Positions 8,201 through 18,749 of a stretch of 47,775 bases of DNA are shown here, in pieces. Each line of letters starts with the position of its first letter. The first letter of the stretch is position 1. Under the pieces are notes generated by a model that had not been told where the DNA came from, ran no database searches, and saw only the letters and a list, made by a program, of their open reading frames with translations. A program made the position numbers and the translations under genes. The stretch comes from Babesia bigemina (lineage: Eukaryota): positions 1-47,775 of the forward strand of contig NW_012237294.1 in assembly GCF_000981445.1 (NCBI RefSeq). The letters are read 5' to 3'.

Positions 8201-10779
8201 ACAATTTTTTCACCGCAATAAACCATTACCTCCAGCAGGAGATCACTAGGCGTAACGATGAAGAGAACAGAAAGAAGAATCCTTCCCTCCCGAAGACACC
8301 GGATCCCTACGCATCGAAGCTCACAGCTGTGTACACCGCGCTTGGCAACGTACTCAAACACATCACCGACAAGAATTATTATGACTATAAGATACCCGGT
8401 CTACTCGATGAGCTGATGAACGCTGTCAATGGTCTCACGCCGCAAGATTTTGCCGATCCGAACACTGCCATCCTTGATGGCATACGTGTTGGTCTGCGCG
8501 GTTTCGTTAACGAGATGAGGAAGGCATACATATCCTCTTATGACTGTGCGAAAGGAATTACGTGGGATGGTACTTTTACGGACAAAGCACCTGAGGAAAG
8601 CAGAAATGGTGTGAAAGTCTTCTTGACAATTCAAAAGATGCTTTCCGATGACCTGACTGAGTTGTATACGCAGTTGACTGAAAAGACTGTGTTGCGGGGG
8701 CTCAAAATATACGCATCTTCTGATGACAAGGAAAACACGCTAGGTGATCTACTGCAAAAATGCGGGTATAAATTAGGCAGTGAGAATGGTAGGCAGGATG
8801 GCGAGGTTCAGTGCTCTGCTAAAATGATGGGCAGAAACATACTTGGTCACCTTACGCAAAATATTCAAAACGCGCACTATAATGAACATCTTAAGCAGTG
8901 CAGACCAAATAGGAAACGGTACAACTTCGGACTAATCGATATAATAGCGTGCATCTTCCAACATGTAAATCAATACTACACTGTCTGTCACCTACCAACT
9001 GTACAGTCATCTAAGCTGCCATGCAACATTTACCAGATGCTCTCATGGCTCTGTGGCTTAACATATAATCAAGTGTACCCGCAACTATCGCTTAACGCAT
9101 TTAGCGATTTGTTCGATAAGGGTGAACAATCTGCGCCAGCAGACAGTGAGGACGTATCCTTCGTTGACGAAACTGCCGACGCATTGCCAGCTTATCCACA
9201 TGAAGTCAGCGTTGCAAATCTCTCGACCACACTTATGGAGGTATGCCATCATTCGTATGAGGTATTGTGTGCAATACTAGGCCACGGACACGCAGGTGGT
9301 CGTTACGCCTGTGATTTCAATACGAACCCGGACAAGTTGTCATATCCAAGTAACCCGTCAAAGTGTCTAGACCTATGCATAGAAATACTGATTAGACTAT
9401 ATAATCAACTCTACTTCATATACGTTCAGTGTCATCGTTTATCAAACGCTGTGTCGTGGCGTGATTGTTATTATGGTCGGCACGTGGGCGGTTCGTCATG
9501 GGAGTGCAATGAGATACAATGCGCTGACCTAATTGCCAACCAAAGAGGTGCCCAAAAGTGTAACCAAAACGCTGCCCAAACGTGTGAGCAACACCCGAAG
9601 TGTGGCATAAAGTCGCCTCTGCAGTCATTCTTGGAGGATGGTCTGCCTGGGTTTCTCCCTCACCCCTTCAAAACACCCAATTGCAAACTAACTTGTGAAG
9701 CGCCAAACCATCGTGGCATACCATGCAAAACTCCAATGGGCTTTGCAGATATCAGTGTAACGGCGTCACATACAAAAAAAGGATCGCACCTCGCAGAGGC
9801 TTTAGCAGCTTTATGCGGTACACCGAATACACCCTTGGCTGCAATCTGCGCCTCACTTACGTGCTTGTTACAGCGAGCTCCGCAGACCTTGGACGACATG
9901 TTCTCATTCTACTATCATCTACTTAAAGGTTGGAATGGTAGTAACAGCAAACGCAATACGCATAAATGCTATGCTTTCAATGATGCCGTCACAAAGGCCC
10001 ATTTCGGTGAAGCATATCCAGATTTGGATATAACCACGATATTTAAGGGCAGCGATCACAGGACTGGTAATCACGTTAACGGTGAGCTGCATAGTTTATT
10101 TACGTGCGATTACGGTAACAAAACTGAAATGGAATGCGGCCGGTATATGCAGCCATTTGGCCACAATATATGGACAGTTTTCTCCGAAGTCAATGCCGAC
10201 AAATATCTCACTTGGATTGTCTATCTCACGGAAGCATTTTACGATTTACTCAAGAAGCTGTACGAAGAGTGTTGCAAAAACTGCAAAACCCCAGGATCAC
10301 GGTGTCATGGTAAGACGTGTCACCAGAACTGTTTAGTTTCCCATACCTCCACTCATTCTAAAAACTGTAGGTCAATTGCTCAGTGCCCATTCACACGTCC
10401 GACATTATGCAAATACGGATTTGTATTTCAGAGCGAATCAAACCTCAGCGGAACATATGGCCCGGAAACAAAACGAACGTGCCAAGACTTCTGCAACGCA
10501 TTAAATAAGGTTTTGAAAAAGGGTAATGTTCTTGGCGATTTGACATATATCACCATTCCGAACTTCCTTTGGAAAATTAGAGAAAAATTCTTCTGGACCA
10601 CCGTCGCCCTCTGGCTCCTCTCTTTCCTCTACCTCCTCCACATCATGGTCATCCGCCTCGACCTCCTCCACATCAAATCGCATCTACGTAGTCCCTCGAG
10701 TCATAGGATTGCTGCTCAATCACTACTTGCTGCTGCAAGAGTTGGAAGACTCAGCAAGATATCGTACCTTCAACCATAA
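5212..10779 (+). CDS. ves: ves/VESA-like variant surface antigen (gene 2), tail ARVGRLSKISYLQP; true start uncertain
   Basis: 1855-codon ORF with LCTGLESFLGFN..KGYDGSGIVYSDLDRLCDAVMGFL, KSPLQSFLEDGLPGFLPH and TM+tail; track start is TTG, frame opens after TAA at 5161, first in-frame ATG 5770. Confidence 0.88.
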   Translation: MNDIESKLISLGHLAGQLGSFIGESESVKKAVKNAIIACFDTNPDLKNDLKDDYSSLVTNLSESVKSAGKPVDTEKIRELSEQIKKDIQLTEETIKKLESPKINSPPSPSPSAELDKLQSKLEALQKVKKLCEFLTNPKNQQNEPKNILVNLCTGLESFLGFNSASKGYDGSGIVYSDLDRLCDAVMGFLYHMLKDVSEKQPYSVGKTILNDIVTELGKRLSTGREGFMVIAQVAERVREYNERVRKGNDIVKNKIVKFDGQMKELKSTVSKILNDHSAADHVEEVEAAETSIWTMVHEFVGNSETFEENMNNAHKYILDLNSNLRDKVFIAQNNIVNERDRLSKLSAKEWEDFKAMKIIIDKALNNLRDDVKAEIAEKVDKLVEQLKAAVRNISNQLRKLNVLLKEYVIELHKWIKHAQEIVKTASQLLRVIKDEVIDPDGTATNGKKNLDNAIRKMNSSLEKKASELETWKLAAGSLVKQAGLRCTEIAHKVKTKEADSDKIYKQVDILKQKTIRLLRAYQSVHGTVDSLEVNIKGALSDLEGKIQEDLHTIKTKIKVALKTVVNAFKGGIEKAAQIDGSDNAASLIQDFYYYMDDRKSNLYKWAENSQNAGGLSSALEELARAFPVKHLGPLKTFLGKFPSFEASVYGEQKTFFTAIIDDLDGKVDEQLQQQGRGNRVQLKVLNNYIQEKERKSSGKSRYQQLLENAPKALDGFKNMTEFGEQQGPLGEGTINGAERAVIKHFTDVTAQLNDIAGMIDSNTKTQVGSYDTKDGIKQRLDDLQKIITMSESVSLDSNLDDSILSSVQGLALIKTQLQGLRDTDVLDISNKLIALCNVITNAADGVETNLKNLSDVQIAKQLESIKDKIHDLQNINLEKVIRAADSFVSQEAGLLGEKYVRQIKDFVDERVSLAIADLTHHARKDYVTTMKLVLDQFAFKVTTELHALPDAIDRDLTVGFKGFMKEFYGDESGSNINKLQKVTDEKDISVLSFAFNNFFTAINHYLQQEITRRNDEENRKKNPSLPKTPDPYASKLTAVYTALGNVLKHITDKNYYDYKIPGLLDELMNAVNGLTPQDFADPNTAILDGIRVGLRGFVNEMRKAYISSYDCAKGITWDGTFTDKAPEESRNGVKVFLTIQKMLSDDLTELYTQLTEKTVLRGLKIYASSDDKENTLGDLLQKCGYKLGSENGRQDGEVQCSAKMMGRNILGHLTQNIQNAHYNEHLKQCRPNRKRYNFGLIDIIACIFQHVNQYYTVCHLPTVQSSKLPCNIYQMLSWLCGLTYNQVYPQLSLNAFSDLFDKGEQSAPADSEDVSFVDETADALPAYPHEVSVANLSTTLMEVCHHSYEVLCAILGHGHAGGRYACDFNTNPDKLSYPSNPSKCLDLCIEILIRLYNQLYFIYVQCHRLSNAVSWRDCYYGRHVGGSSWECNEIQCADLIANQRGAQKCNQNAAQTCEQHPKCGIKSPLQSFLEDGLPGFLPHPFKTPNCKLTCEAPNHRGIPCKTPMGFADISVTASHTKKGSHLAEALAALCGTPNTPLAAICASLTCLLQRAPQTLDDMFSFYYHLLKGWNGSNSKRNTHKCYAFNDAVTKAHFGEAYPDLDITTIFKGSDHRTGNHVNGELHSLFTCDYGNKTEMECGRYMQPFGHNIWTVFSEVNADKYLTWIVYLTEAFYDLLKKLYEECCKNCKTPGSRCHGKTCHQNCLVSHTSTHSKNCRSIAQCPFTRPTLCKYGFVFQSESNLSGTYGPETKRTCQDFCNALNKVLKKGNVLGDLTYITIPNFLWKIREKFFWTTVALWLLSFLYLLHIMVIRLDLLHIKSHLRSPSSHRIAAQSLLAAARVGRLSKISYLQP

Positions 10780-10900
10780 TCGTACTCACGTGTCTACTAT
10801 CTACACTCACCTAGCATCTCACCTACTCACCTATACAACTAATTGTTGTCTAATGTTTTGAATCACTCACTCATCGTTGTACGTGATTGCTTGGTAGATT

Positions 10901-11232
10901 AACTGATGTGGTGACCAATGTGCTGATCAAAGTGCTGACCAAAATGGTGACCAACGTGTTGACCAACGTGTTGACCAACGTGCTGACCAAAGTGTTGACC
11001 AACGTGGTGACCAAAGCCATGACCAACGTGGTGACCTATGTGCTGACCAACGTGGTGACCAATGTGATGACCAATATGCTGACCAAGCACCTGACCTAAG
11101 TGCTGACCAAGGTGCTGACCAAAGGCATGCCCAAAGTGGTGACCAAAGGCATGACCAAAGTACTGACCAAAGGCATGACCAAAGTGGTGACCAAAGGCAT
11201 GACCAAGGTGCTGACCAATGCCATGACCAAGT
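10901..11232. repeat. 12-bp minisatellite
   Basis: GTG(C/G/T)TGACCAAN tandem units. Confidence 0.95.
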
Positions 11233-11234
11233 TG

Positions 11235-11510
11235 ATGGTCACGGCAGCGATGACATGGTTACGGCAGCGATGACATGGTCACGGCAGCGATGACATGGTC
11301 ACGGCAGCGATGACATGGTTACGGCAGCGATGACATGGTTATGGTCACGGCAGCGATGACATGGTCATGGCAGCGATGACATGGTTAAGGCAGCGATGAC
11401 ATGGTTACGGCAGCGATGACATGGTTATGGTCACGGCAGCGATGACATGGTCATGGCAGCGATGACATGGTTAAGGCAGCGATGACATGGTCACGGCAGC
11501 GATGACATGG
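11235..11510. repeat. 20-bp minisatellite (ACGGCAGCGATGACATGGT(C/T))
   Basis: Tandem units, some with a 6-bp atggtt insertion. Confidence 0.95.
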
Positions 11511-11530
11511 TGACTTAAGTGGTATTTATC

Positions 11531-12073
11531 ATCCACTCCACATCGCCCCTTTACCCACTCTACATCGCTCCCTAACCCACTCTACATCGCCCCTTATCCA
11601 CTCTACATCGCCCCTTAACCCACTCTACATCGCTCCCTTATCCACTCCACATCGCTCCCTAACCCACTCCACATCGCTCCCTAACCCACTCTACATCGCT
11701 CCCTAACCCACTCTACATCGCCCCTTTATCCACTCCACATCGCTCCCTAACCCACTCTACATCGCCCCTTTATCCACCTTACATCGCCCCTTTATCCACC
11801 TTACATCGCTCCCTATTCCACTCCACATCGCCCCTTTATCCACTCTACATCGCTCCCTAACCCACTCCACATCGCTCCTTTATCCACCCTACATCGCTCC
11901 CTTCTCCACTCTACATCGCCCCTTTATCCACCTTACATCGCCCCTTTATCCACTATACATCGCCCCTTTACCCACTCTACATCGCCCCTTTATCCACTAT
12001 ACATCGCCCCTTAACCCACTCTACATCGCTCCTTTATCCACTCTACATCGCTCCCTTATCCACTCTACATCGC
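11531..12073. repeat. C-rich 21-22-bp minisatellite
   Basis: Tandem ccactctacatcgc units after linker aagtggtatttatcat. Confidence 0.95.
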
Positions 12074-12265
12074 TTGAATTACCTCGCCATAATACCGCTA
12101 TGACCTCTTTAGACCACAATAATAACTTGTGCCTTGTCACCCTTCACTTCCCCTCTTCCACCTCTTCCCACTGCCAAGTCCCATCGTGTACACCCTATCT
12201 CCAAATCTCTCGAATTACCTTGTCTTATTAACGCTATGACCTCTATAAACCATTATAATAACTTG
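12069..12265 (+). promoter_or_regulatory. Conserved ves leader motif, two tandem copies (ATGs at 12100 and 12236)
   Basis: Colinear with 4971-5168. Confidence 0.7.
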
Positions 12266-12309
12266 TTGACACTGACCATTCTCTTACTGACTCTGCTACT
12301 AAGAAAGCC

Positions 12310-15300
12310 TTGGATGGCATTGACTCCAAGCTCATTAGCCTTGGCCACCTTGCTGGACAGCTTGGCGGATTTGTTGGTCAAAGTGAGAGTGTTAAGAAAG
12401 CCGTTGAGAATGCTATTATCGCTGTAATTAACAGTAATGAAGAGCTTAAAAATGATTACTCTTCTCATGTTACTAACCTTTCTGAGTCTGTCAACTCTGC
12501 TGACCAGGCTGTTGACACCCGTAAAATTAGTGAGCTTAGTGAGCGAGTTAGTAAAGAAATTCAGCGTCTTGAAGATCAACTTAAACAGCCTAATAACCAT
12601 CTTAATAATCTTCCTTCTTCCCCCACTCCCTCTGCTGACCCAGACAAATTGCAGTCCAAGTTGGACGCTTTGAAGGAAGTGGAGAAGCTTTGTGAATTTT
12701 TGACTAATCGTAATAATGCGTCAAATGATCCTAAAAATCTCCTAGATAATTTATGTTCCGGCCTCGAAACCTTCCTCGGCTTCAACAAAGACTCCAAAGG
12801 CTACGACGGCTCTGGCATTGTGTACTCTGACCTGGATAGGCTTTGCGACGGGGTGATGGGATTTTTGTATGGTGTTCTTGATGCAGTGAAGGATGATGAT
12901 GCAGTTAAAACGTACGATAATATGATGGCTAAAAAGCTAAATGAAGTACTAGACTTGTTAACTAAAAATATTGGCACCGGCCGTGATGGGCTTGCGGTGT
13001 CTGTCACGCAGGTGAAGGGGTGGTTGGAGGGGTATGAAGGTGAAGTAAATGAGAAAACAGAAAACGTAAAAAACGAATTAGCCTGGTTAATTAACAATAT
13101 AAACGGTAATTACAAAAATAAAATTAACGAAAACTCTTCCCTCACTGATCAGTTGTCTGCTTGGTCGGAGGTAATCGGTAACATTGACTTCGACGTCACT
13201 AAAATTGAAGAAGAAAAAATAAGTAAGCTTGATAAAGCGTTAAAAGAAAAAGTTATGCATAAAGTGGATACCGTTAAAAGGTCTGTAAAAATGTTGAAGG
13301 AGTCGGCAAAAAGTGGCGATGTAATGGATTACGCTCGTAGAGTTGATGAGAGTTTGGAGGCTGAGGAAAAAGAGATTGTAAAGAAAATTGATACACAATG
13401 TGAGTGCGTGAAAGATAGACTACACTCGGAGTTTTACAACATTGATCAACGTGTTACAGCTCTAAAGAAGACCAAAGACGGCCACATCGAACATATACAA
13501 AATCTCATTTCAGGAGCCCAGCAGGAAATACAGACACTCGAGAATCGCATCAATGAGCATTATAAAGCTGAGCTTGAGCGCAAGTTTGAGATTTTAGATC
13601 TCGAAATGGCAAAGATAAAAGCGGCGCCTGGTATTCAAACGGCAGCAGAAAGATCCCGGCTCCATAAGGAGATAGATGATATAAAAAAGGCTGCCCAGGG
13701 GATGAGGAAAGAATTTGAAATGGAGTTGATAAACGTAAAAAAAACAGTGGCAGGCGCTGTGAATGGAAGTGGAAGCGATGGACTAATTCAACGAATTAAG
13801 AGCGCAGTGATTGGGTTGAAGAAAAACATAGAAGACGATTTGAAATCGTTGAAAAATAAAATCGATGGTGCGATGAAGGAGTATGTGAAGGGATATATCA
13901 ATGCGGTAAGCGAAAAAGTTAAGGAAATAAAGGGACATGTCGGGGATATTGGCAAGCCATTCAACGATGAAGCCAGGAAAAGTATAGATTTTAATTGGAA
14001 TATACTCAGAGCTCAGACGAATCGGCGCCTGTCGGAAATGTATGAAAAAAAAGCAGGCAAAAACAGCGGCCACCTTGGCGGACTTCTCGACAAAGTCAGG
14101 GAGTATGCTAAAGGCTTGGGATTAAAGTTGAAGCAAGATAAAGGGACAATCGACACGTGGCTTAATAGGGTTCTGACAGATAATGCGGCCGTGAATAATT
14201 ATATCAGTTCGTATCTCCGGTTTAACGAAACGACTCATGGTAGAAGTTTCAATCCTCAGTATAACGGCCGCCAGAGCGGTGCAGAAAGTGTGAAAGAAGC
14301 CATCAGAACTAAGCTTATGTACGAGTTGAAAAACATATCGGTTGCTGGGCCATCAGGCGATGGCAGTAAAATGGAAGATATTTTACAGGAAATTAGTGAA
14401 ATGTTTCAGAACGTTGCTAAGCAAATTGACACTACTGAGTCTAATAAAGCCGAATTAATAATTACGAAGATTGAGGGGGACCTGGGTGTTTCTTCGTTCA
14501 CTAGTAATAGTGATTACCAAACGTATAAAGGCTATCTCACATGGGCAATACGAACCACTTTGCTACAGGTGTCTCTTATAGCCAAACAAATCGGCGAGGA
14601 AATTAAGGCCGTTTTACAGGATTCTAATATACAGGAAAGCGTGGATGAGGCAATAAAAAAGATCAATTCAATAAAAGAACAATTAGACCTCGATGGATCA
14701 GAGCAAAAACATGGCAAGCAGATGCAAAAGGCTTTGGACACGGTAAAAACAAGTATTGACCAGCTTCAGAATGATTTTCATAAATCCCGTCAAGACACAA
14801 CCTCCTCCACCTACGTCGCCGGATCAAACACGGTTAATGTTGGTGACGGTGTTAAAAGTACCATTGAAAATATACTGAATGGCAAGATTGGCCCGGATTC
14901 TAAGATCATGTTCGATGATATCATGACGAATTACAATGCCAACACTACGGAAAAGAGTAACCTTCAGACTTCAATAACAGCCATTGAAACAACTGTTAAG
15001 CGCGCCATGCAACAGGACAAAGATGAAATTAATACTCATCAACTTAATAGTTATGACGAAGAACACAGAAAGTATGCCTCAGGTGTTAGCGCTCTCGAAC
15101 ATACTGTCGAGCATCTAGAAACTCTCCCCCAAAAAGTTGCCATTGCTAGGCAAGCCGCGATGAAAAACATCGATGCGTTGAACAATGAAGTAAGTGCCAT
15201 AAGAACCATAATGGCTAAGTATGTAGAGCCGAGCGTGACCACCGCATCATTAGAGTTAGACAAAACCATTGAAACTTTTCAAACATTGTTACATGAGGTC

Positions 15301-18270
15301 CATGAAAATGCTCGTGGCGGTGTATCTCAGATGAAAAAAACTCTCCATCATAAAGTCCAATCTACCTTCACCATGATCACCAACCAAGTCCGCACTCTAT
15401 TTTCAGACGCCCACAAAGCCGACCTGGCTGCGCTCAAGACGCTCGTCGAGGGGCAGAAAGAGGAGATTGAGAAGATCATCAGATCTGCAAAAATTACAGG
15501 TGTGATGGGATTGATAAGGAAAATGCATACTAATAAAAGCGACTTTGAACAAATTAGCGAATTTGTGACTCCCGTGAAATTGAAGGCCGTACCAACTAAA
15601 GAGGATTTCACTGGCATGTCTTCACACTTCAGGAAAATTGTCGACTCGGTTCTCGAATACACCGAATATCAAGTGTCCACTTCGTCTGGCGATCCTCATA
15701 AACGCCTGCCCACCGACCAGTCCGAGAAGGTGAGACATCTCAAGGACGCATTTGATGCCCTTCTTCACTACCTTAAACAAAATGGCGATTCAACTCGGCA
15801 GTACCTTTTTGACCATCATTTTGATGATTTACTCGCCTCCCTCAACTCTCTTGTCACCTCCCTCTCTCCCACCTTCACCTCCCCCTCCCCCCTCCTCGCC
15901 CCCCTCAAGTCCGGCCTCTCCAACTTCGCCCAGCAACTCGGCCACGCGTACGTGAACAGGTACTCGGGTAAACATTTCAACGGGGGTCTAATTGTTACTA
16001 AAACCATTACTGACGACACCAAACAACCTCCTAACTCCCCCAAAACTATTGAGGAATTAACCCCTGAGGGCCGCAACTGCGCCAAGGTCTGCCTGACGAT
16101 AGTGGAGATACTGGTTAACGATTTTGAAAAATTGTTCACAGCAACTGGTGGCAACAAAAAAATGCAAATTAATCTAGATGAAGGTAACAGACTTGGCGTT
16201 TTTTTCAGGGCGAAAGGTTACGATGTCGCCGAAGGTGCATCCACCCAGGACGGTGAGCTGCAGAACAGTAGCGACATGACCGGAGAGAAGATTAGAGAAT
16301 TATGTGACTATACAATTACGGTGCGTAATAGTGGTGAATATGACCCTAAGACGCAGCAACTTCAAGCAATTGATCGCGGTGTGACAACTTTCGACAGATG
16401 GATAAGGTACCTCTACGTCTACCTCTCCAATTACCGTACTGTCTGCCATCTCAAGCACATCGCTAAGCCACGGACACCCACGACGATTAACCAAATGTTA
16501 CACTGGGTCAACGGGCTGCCGTATACAACCGTCTATAACGAACTTACAGTTCAAGGTTTCGGTGAGCTGTTCGAGAAGCAGGAGGAAGAGGAGCCTGTCG
16601 AAGGTGAGATCGTCATTAAAACCGATGACGATGACACGTTGGAGGCTTATCCAGAAGACATCACTGCCGAAAAAATGAGAGACACGCTCACAGATGTATG
16701 CCGCTTTACGGATAGAGTGCTGGTCTGCATCCTCGGTCATGGACACGCCGAAGGCAGATATGCGTGCGATTTCAGCACCAACCCAGATGGTTTATTGTAT
16801 CCTAGCAACGCAAGTGCCTGCTTGGACATGCTGGTGGATATACTGAAACGACTCTATGAGCAGTTTTATTTCCTATTTATTCAGTGCTCACGTGAGAAAG
16901 ATAACGTGAGTTGGAGAGACTGCTGGTACGGTCGGCACGTCGGTGGCTCAGACTGGAGGTGCAATGAGAAGCAATGCATCAACCAAATGGTCAACCAAAG
17001 TGCTGACCAAAAGGCCAACCAAAGCTGTGGCCAAACGTGTGATCGGCACCCTAGTTGCGGTTTGAAGTCACCCCTCCAATCCTTCCTCGAAGATGGGCTT
17101 CCGGGTTTCCTTCCTCATTCAATTAAGAAGCCCGGGTGTAAATTAGACTGCACTGTTTCCAACCATAGGGGATTGCCTTGTAAGACGCCAATGGGCTTCG
17201 GGGATATTAGTCTAACAGCTTCACGTGCATCCAGAGGCGAACGTATGATGAAACTACTCGATATGTTCTGTGGGCAGCAGACTAGTCCACTGACGAAGCT
17301 ATGTGGTTACTTCAACTGTCTGCTGCAAATGCCTCCGCAAACGCTGGGAGATATGTTTGCGTTCTACCATAATCTACTTGTCGATTGGAATGGTGCGGCC
17401 AAGGGCTTAATAGATGGTCCGAAACATAAGAAAAGTGCGTTCTTTAGCGCCGTTACCAGTGCTAACTTCGGCATTGAGTATCCAGAATTGGACGTATCTA
17501 CGCTGTTCTTTACATCGAATCATACGGGTAATGGAGGTAATGGTGACCTACTATGCCTCCTCAGTTGTGGCAGTGCATCGTTGACAACAACCTGTGGCCG
17601 GTATCTGCAGCCTTTCGGTATGAATACGTGGACAGTATTTTCAGAGAAACACGCAGACAAATACCTCTCCTGGATCGTCTACATCACCGAAACGTTCTAT
17701 TATTTGCTCGAACAGCTGCTAAAAGAGTGCTGCCGAAATTGCACGTCATCGCAATCCAGGTGCAATGGTAAAGTCTGCCCTAAAACATGTCAAGTCAAAT
17801 ACACGAGTGAAGAAACAAAGTCGCAATCCGTATCAACTATTCATCACACCAAGGACTGCAAATCCATCGCTTACTGCCCCTTTACACGTCCCACTTTATG
17901 TAAGTACGGCTTCGTTTTCAAAAGCCTGTCAAACATGAGCGGCACTAGTGGCGATTCCACAAAGCGCACCTGCAAAGATCTATGTCACGCATTGCAAAAT
18001 GTTCTACTTAAAGGAAAAGTACTCGGCGAATTCACCCATGTCACAATTCCAGAATTTCTGTGGAACATTCGCAGTAAATTCTTCTGGCTCAACGTCGCCC
18101 TCTGGCTCCTCTCCTTCCTGTACCTCATCCACATCATGGTCATCCGCCTCGACCTGCTCCACATCAAATCGCATTTACATAGTCCATCATCTCATCGCAT
18201 CGCTGCTCAATCACTACTTGCTGCTGCAAGAGTTGGAAGACTCAGCAAGATATCGTACCTTCAACCATAA
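12310..18270 (+). CDS. ves: ves/VESA-like variant surface antigen (gene 3), tail ARVGRLSKISYLQP; true start uncertain
   Basis: 1986-codon ORF with the same family motifs; track start is TTG, first in-frame ATG 12856. Confidence 0.88.
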   Translation: MDGIDSKLISLGHLAGQLGGFVGQSESVKKAVENAIIAVINSNEELKNDYSSHVTNLSESVNSADQAVDTRKISELSERVSKEIQRLEDQLKQPNNHLNNLPSSPTPSADPDKLQSKLDALKEVEKLCEFLTNRNNASNDPKNLLDNLCSGLETFLGFNKDSKGYDGSGIVYSDLDRLCDGVMGFLYGVLDAVKDDDAVKTYDNMMAKKLNEVLDLLTKNIGTGRDGLAVSVTQVKGWLEGYEGEVNEKTENVKNELAWLINNINGNYKNKINENSSLTDQLSAWSEVIGNIDFDVTKIEEEKISKLDKALKEKVMHKVDTVKRSVKMLKESAKSGDVMDYARRVDESLEAEEKEIVKKIDTQCECVKDRLHSEFYNIDQRVTALKKTKDGHIEHIQNLISGAQQEIQTLENRINEHYKAELERKFEILDLEMAKIKAAPGIQTAAERSRLHKEIDDIKKAAQGMRKEFEMELINVKKTVAGAVNGSGSDGLIQRIKSAVIGLKKNIEDDLKSLKNKIDGAMKEYVKGYINAVSEKVKEIKGHVGDIGKPFNDEARKSIDFNWNILRAQTNRRLSEMYEKKAGKNSGHLGGLLDKVREYAKGLGLKLKQDKGTIDTWLNRVLTDNAAVNNYISSYLRFNETTHGRSFNPQYNGRQSGAESVKEAIRTKLMYELKNISVAGPSGDGSKMEDILQEISEMFQNVAKQIDTTESNKAELIITKIEGDLGVSSFTSNSDYQTYKGYLTWAIRTTLLQVSLIAKQIGEEIKAVLQDSNIQESVDEAIKKINSIKEQLDLDGSEQKHGKQMQKALDTVKTSIDQLQNDFHKSRQDTTSSTYVAGSNTVNVGDGVKSTIENILNGKIGPDSKIMFDDIMTNYNANTTEKSNLQTSITAIETTVKRAMQQDKDEINTHQLNSYDEEHRKYASGVSALEHTVEHLETLPQKVAIARQAAMKNIDALNNEVSAIRTIMAKYVEPSVTTASLELDKTIETFQTLLHEVHENARGGVSQMKKTLHHKVQSTFTMITNQVRTLFSDAHKADLAALKTLVEGQKEEIEKIIRSAKITGVMGLIRKMHTNKSDFEQISEFVTPVKLKAVPTKEDFTGMSSHFRKIVDSVLEYTEYQVSTSSGDPHKRLPTDQSEKVRHLKDAFDALLHYLKQNGDSTRQYLFDHHFDDLLASLNSLVTSLSPTFTSPSPLLAPLKSGLSNFAQQLGHAYVNRYSGKHFNGGLIVTKTITDDTKQPPNSPKTIEELTPEGRNCAKVCLTIVEILVNDFEKLFTATGGNKKMQINLDEGNRLGVFFRAKGYDVAEGASTQDGELQNSSDMTGEKIRELCDYTITVRNSGEYDPKTQQLQAIDRGVTTFDRWIRYLYVYLSNYRTVCHLKHIAKPRTPTTINQMLHWVNGLPYTTVYNELTVQGFGELFEKQEEEEPVEGEIVIKTDDDDTLEAYPEDITAEKMRDTLTDVCRFTDRVLVCILGHGHAEGRYACDFSTNPDGLLYPSNASACLDMLVDILKRLYEQFYFLFIQCSREKDNVSWRDCWYGRHVGGSDWRCNEKQCINQMVNQSADQKANQSCGQTCDRHPSCGLKSPLQSFLEDGLPGFLPHSIKKPGCKLDCTVSNHRGLPCKTPMGFGDISLTASRASRGERMMKLLDMFCGQQTSPLTKLCGYFNCLLQMPPQTLGDMFAFYHNLLVDWNGAAKGLIDGPKHKKSAFFSAVTSANFGIEYPELDVSTLFFTSNHTGNGGNGDLLCLLSCGSASLTTTCGRYLQPFGMNTWTVFSEKHADKYLSWIVYITETFYYLLEQLLKECCRNCTSSQSRCNGKVCPKTCQVKYTSEETKSQSVSTIHHTKDCKSIAYCPFTRPTLCKYGFVFKSLSNMSGTSGDSTKRTCKDLCHALQNVLLKGKVLGEFTHVTIPEFLWNIRSKFFWLNVALWLLSFLYLIHIMVIRLDLLHIKSHLHSPSSHRIAAQSLLAAARVGRLSKISYLQP

Positions 18271-18391
18271 TCGTACTCACGTGTCTACTATCTACACTCA
18301 CCTAGCATCTCACCTACTCACCTATACAACTAATTGTTGTCTAATGTTTTGAATCACTCACTCATCGTTGTACGTGATTGCTTGGTAGATT

Positions 18392-18747
18392 AACTGATGT
18401 GGTGACCAATGTGCTGATCAAAGTGCTGACCAAAATGGTGACCAACGTGGTGACCAACGTGTTGACCAACGTGCTGACCAAAGTGTTGACCAACGTGGTG
18501 ACCAAAGCCATGACCAACGTGGTGACCAAAGCCATGACCAACGTGGTGACCTATGTGCTGACCAACGTGGTGACCAATGTGATGACCAATATGCTGACCA
18601 AGCACCTGACCTAAGTGCTGACCAAGGTGCTGACCAAAGGCATGCCCAAAGTGGTGACCAAAGGCATGACCAAAGTACTGACCAAAGGCATGACCAAAGT
18701 GGTGACCAAAGGCATGAACAAGGTGCTGACCAATGCCATGACCAAGT
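18392..18747. repeat. 12-bp minisatellite
   Basis: Nearly the same variant order as 10901-11232 plus one extra 24-bp block. Confidence 0.95.
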
Positions 18748-18749
18748 TG

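Noticed and set aside
11235..11510. 20-bp and ~76-bp repeats as possible CRISPR arrays
   Set aside because: No unique spacers between repeats, no cas genes, eukaryotic context
12236..12427. Signal-peptide-like uORFs (MTSINHYNNLLTLTILLLTLLL..; also at 5138 and 19071)
   Set aside because: The Leu richness follows from NNT codon bias in the overlapping ves frame; lengths differ and none joins the ves ORF
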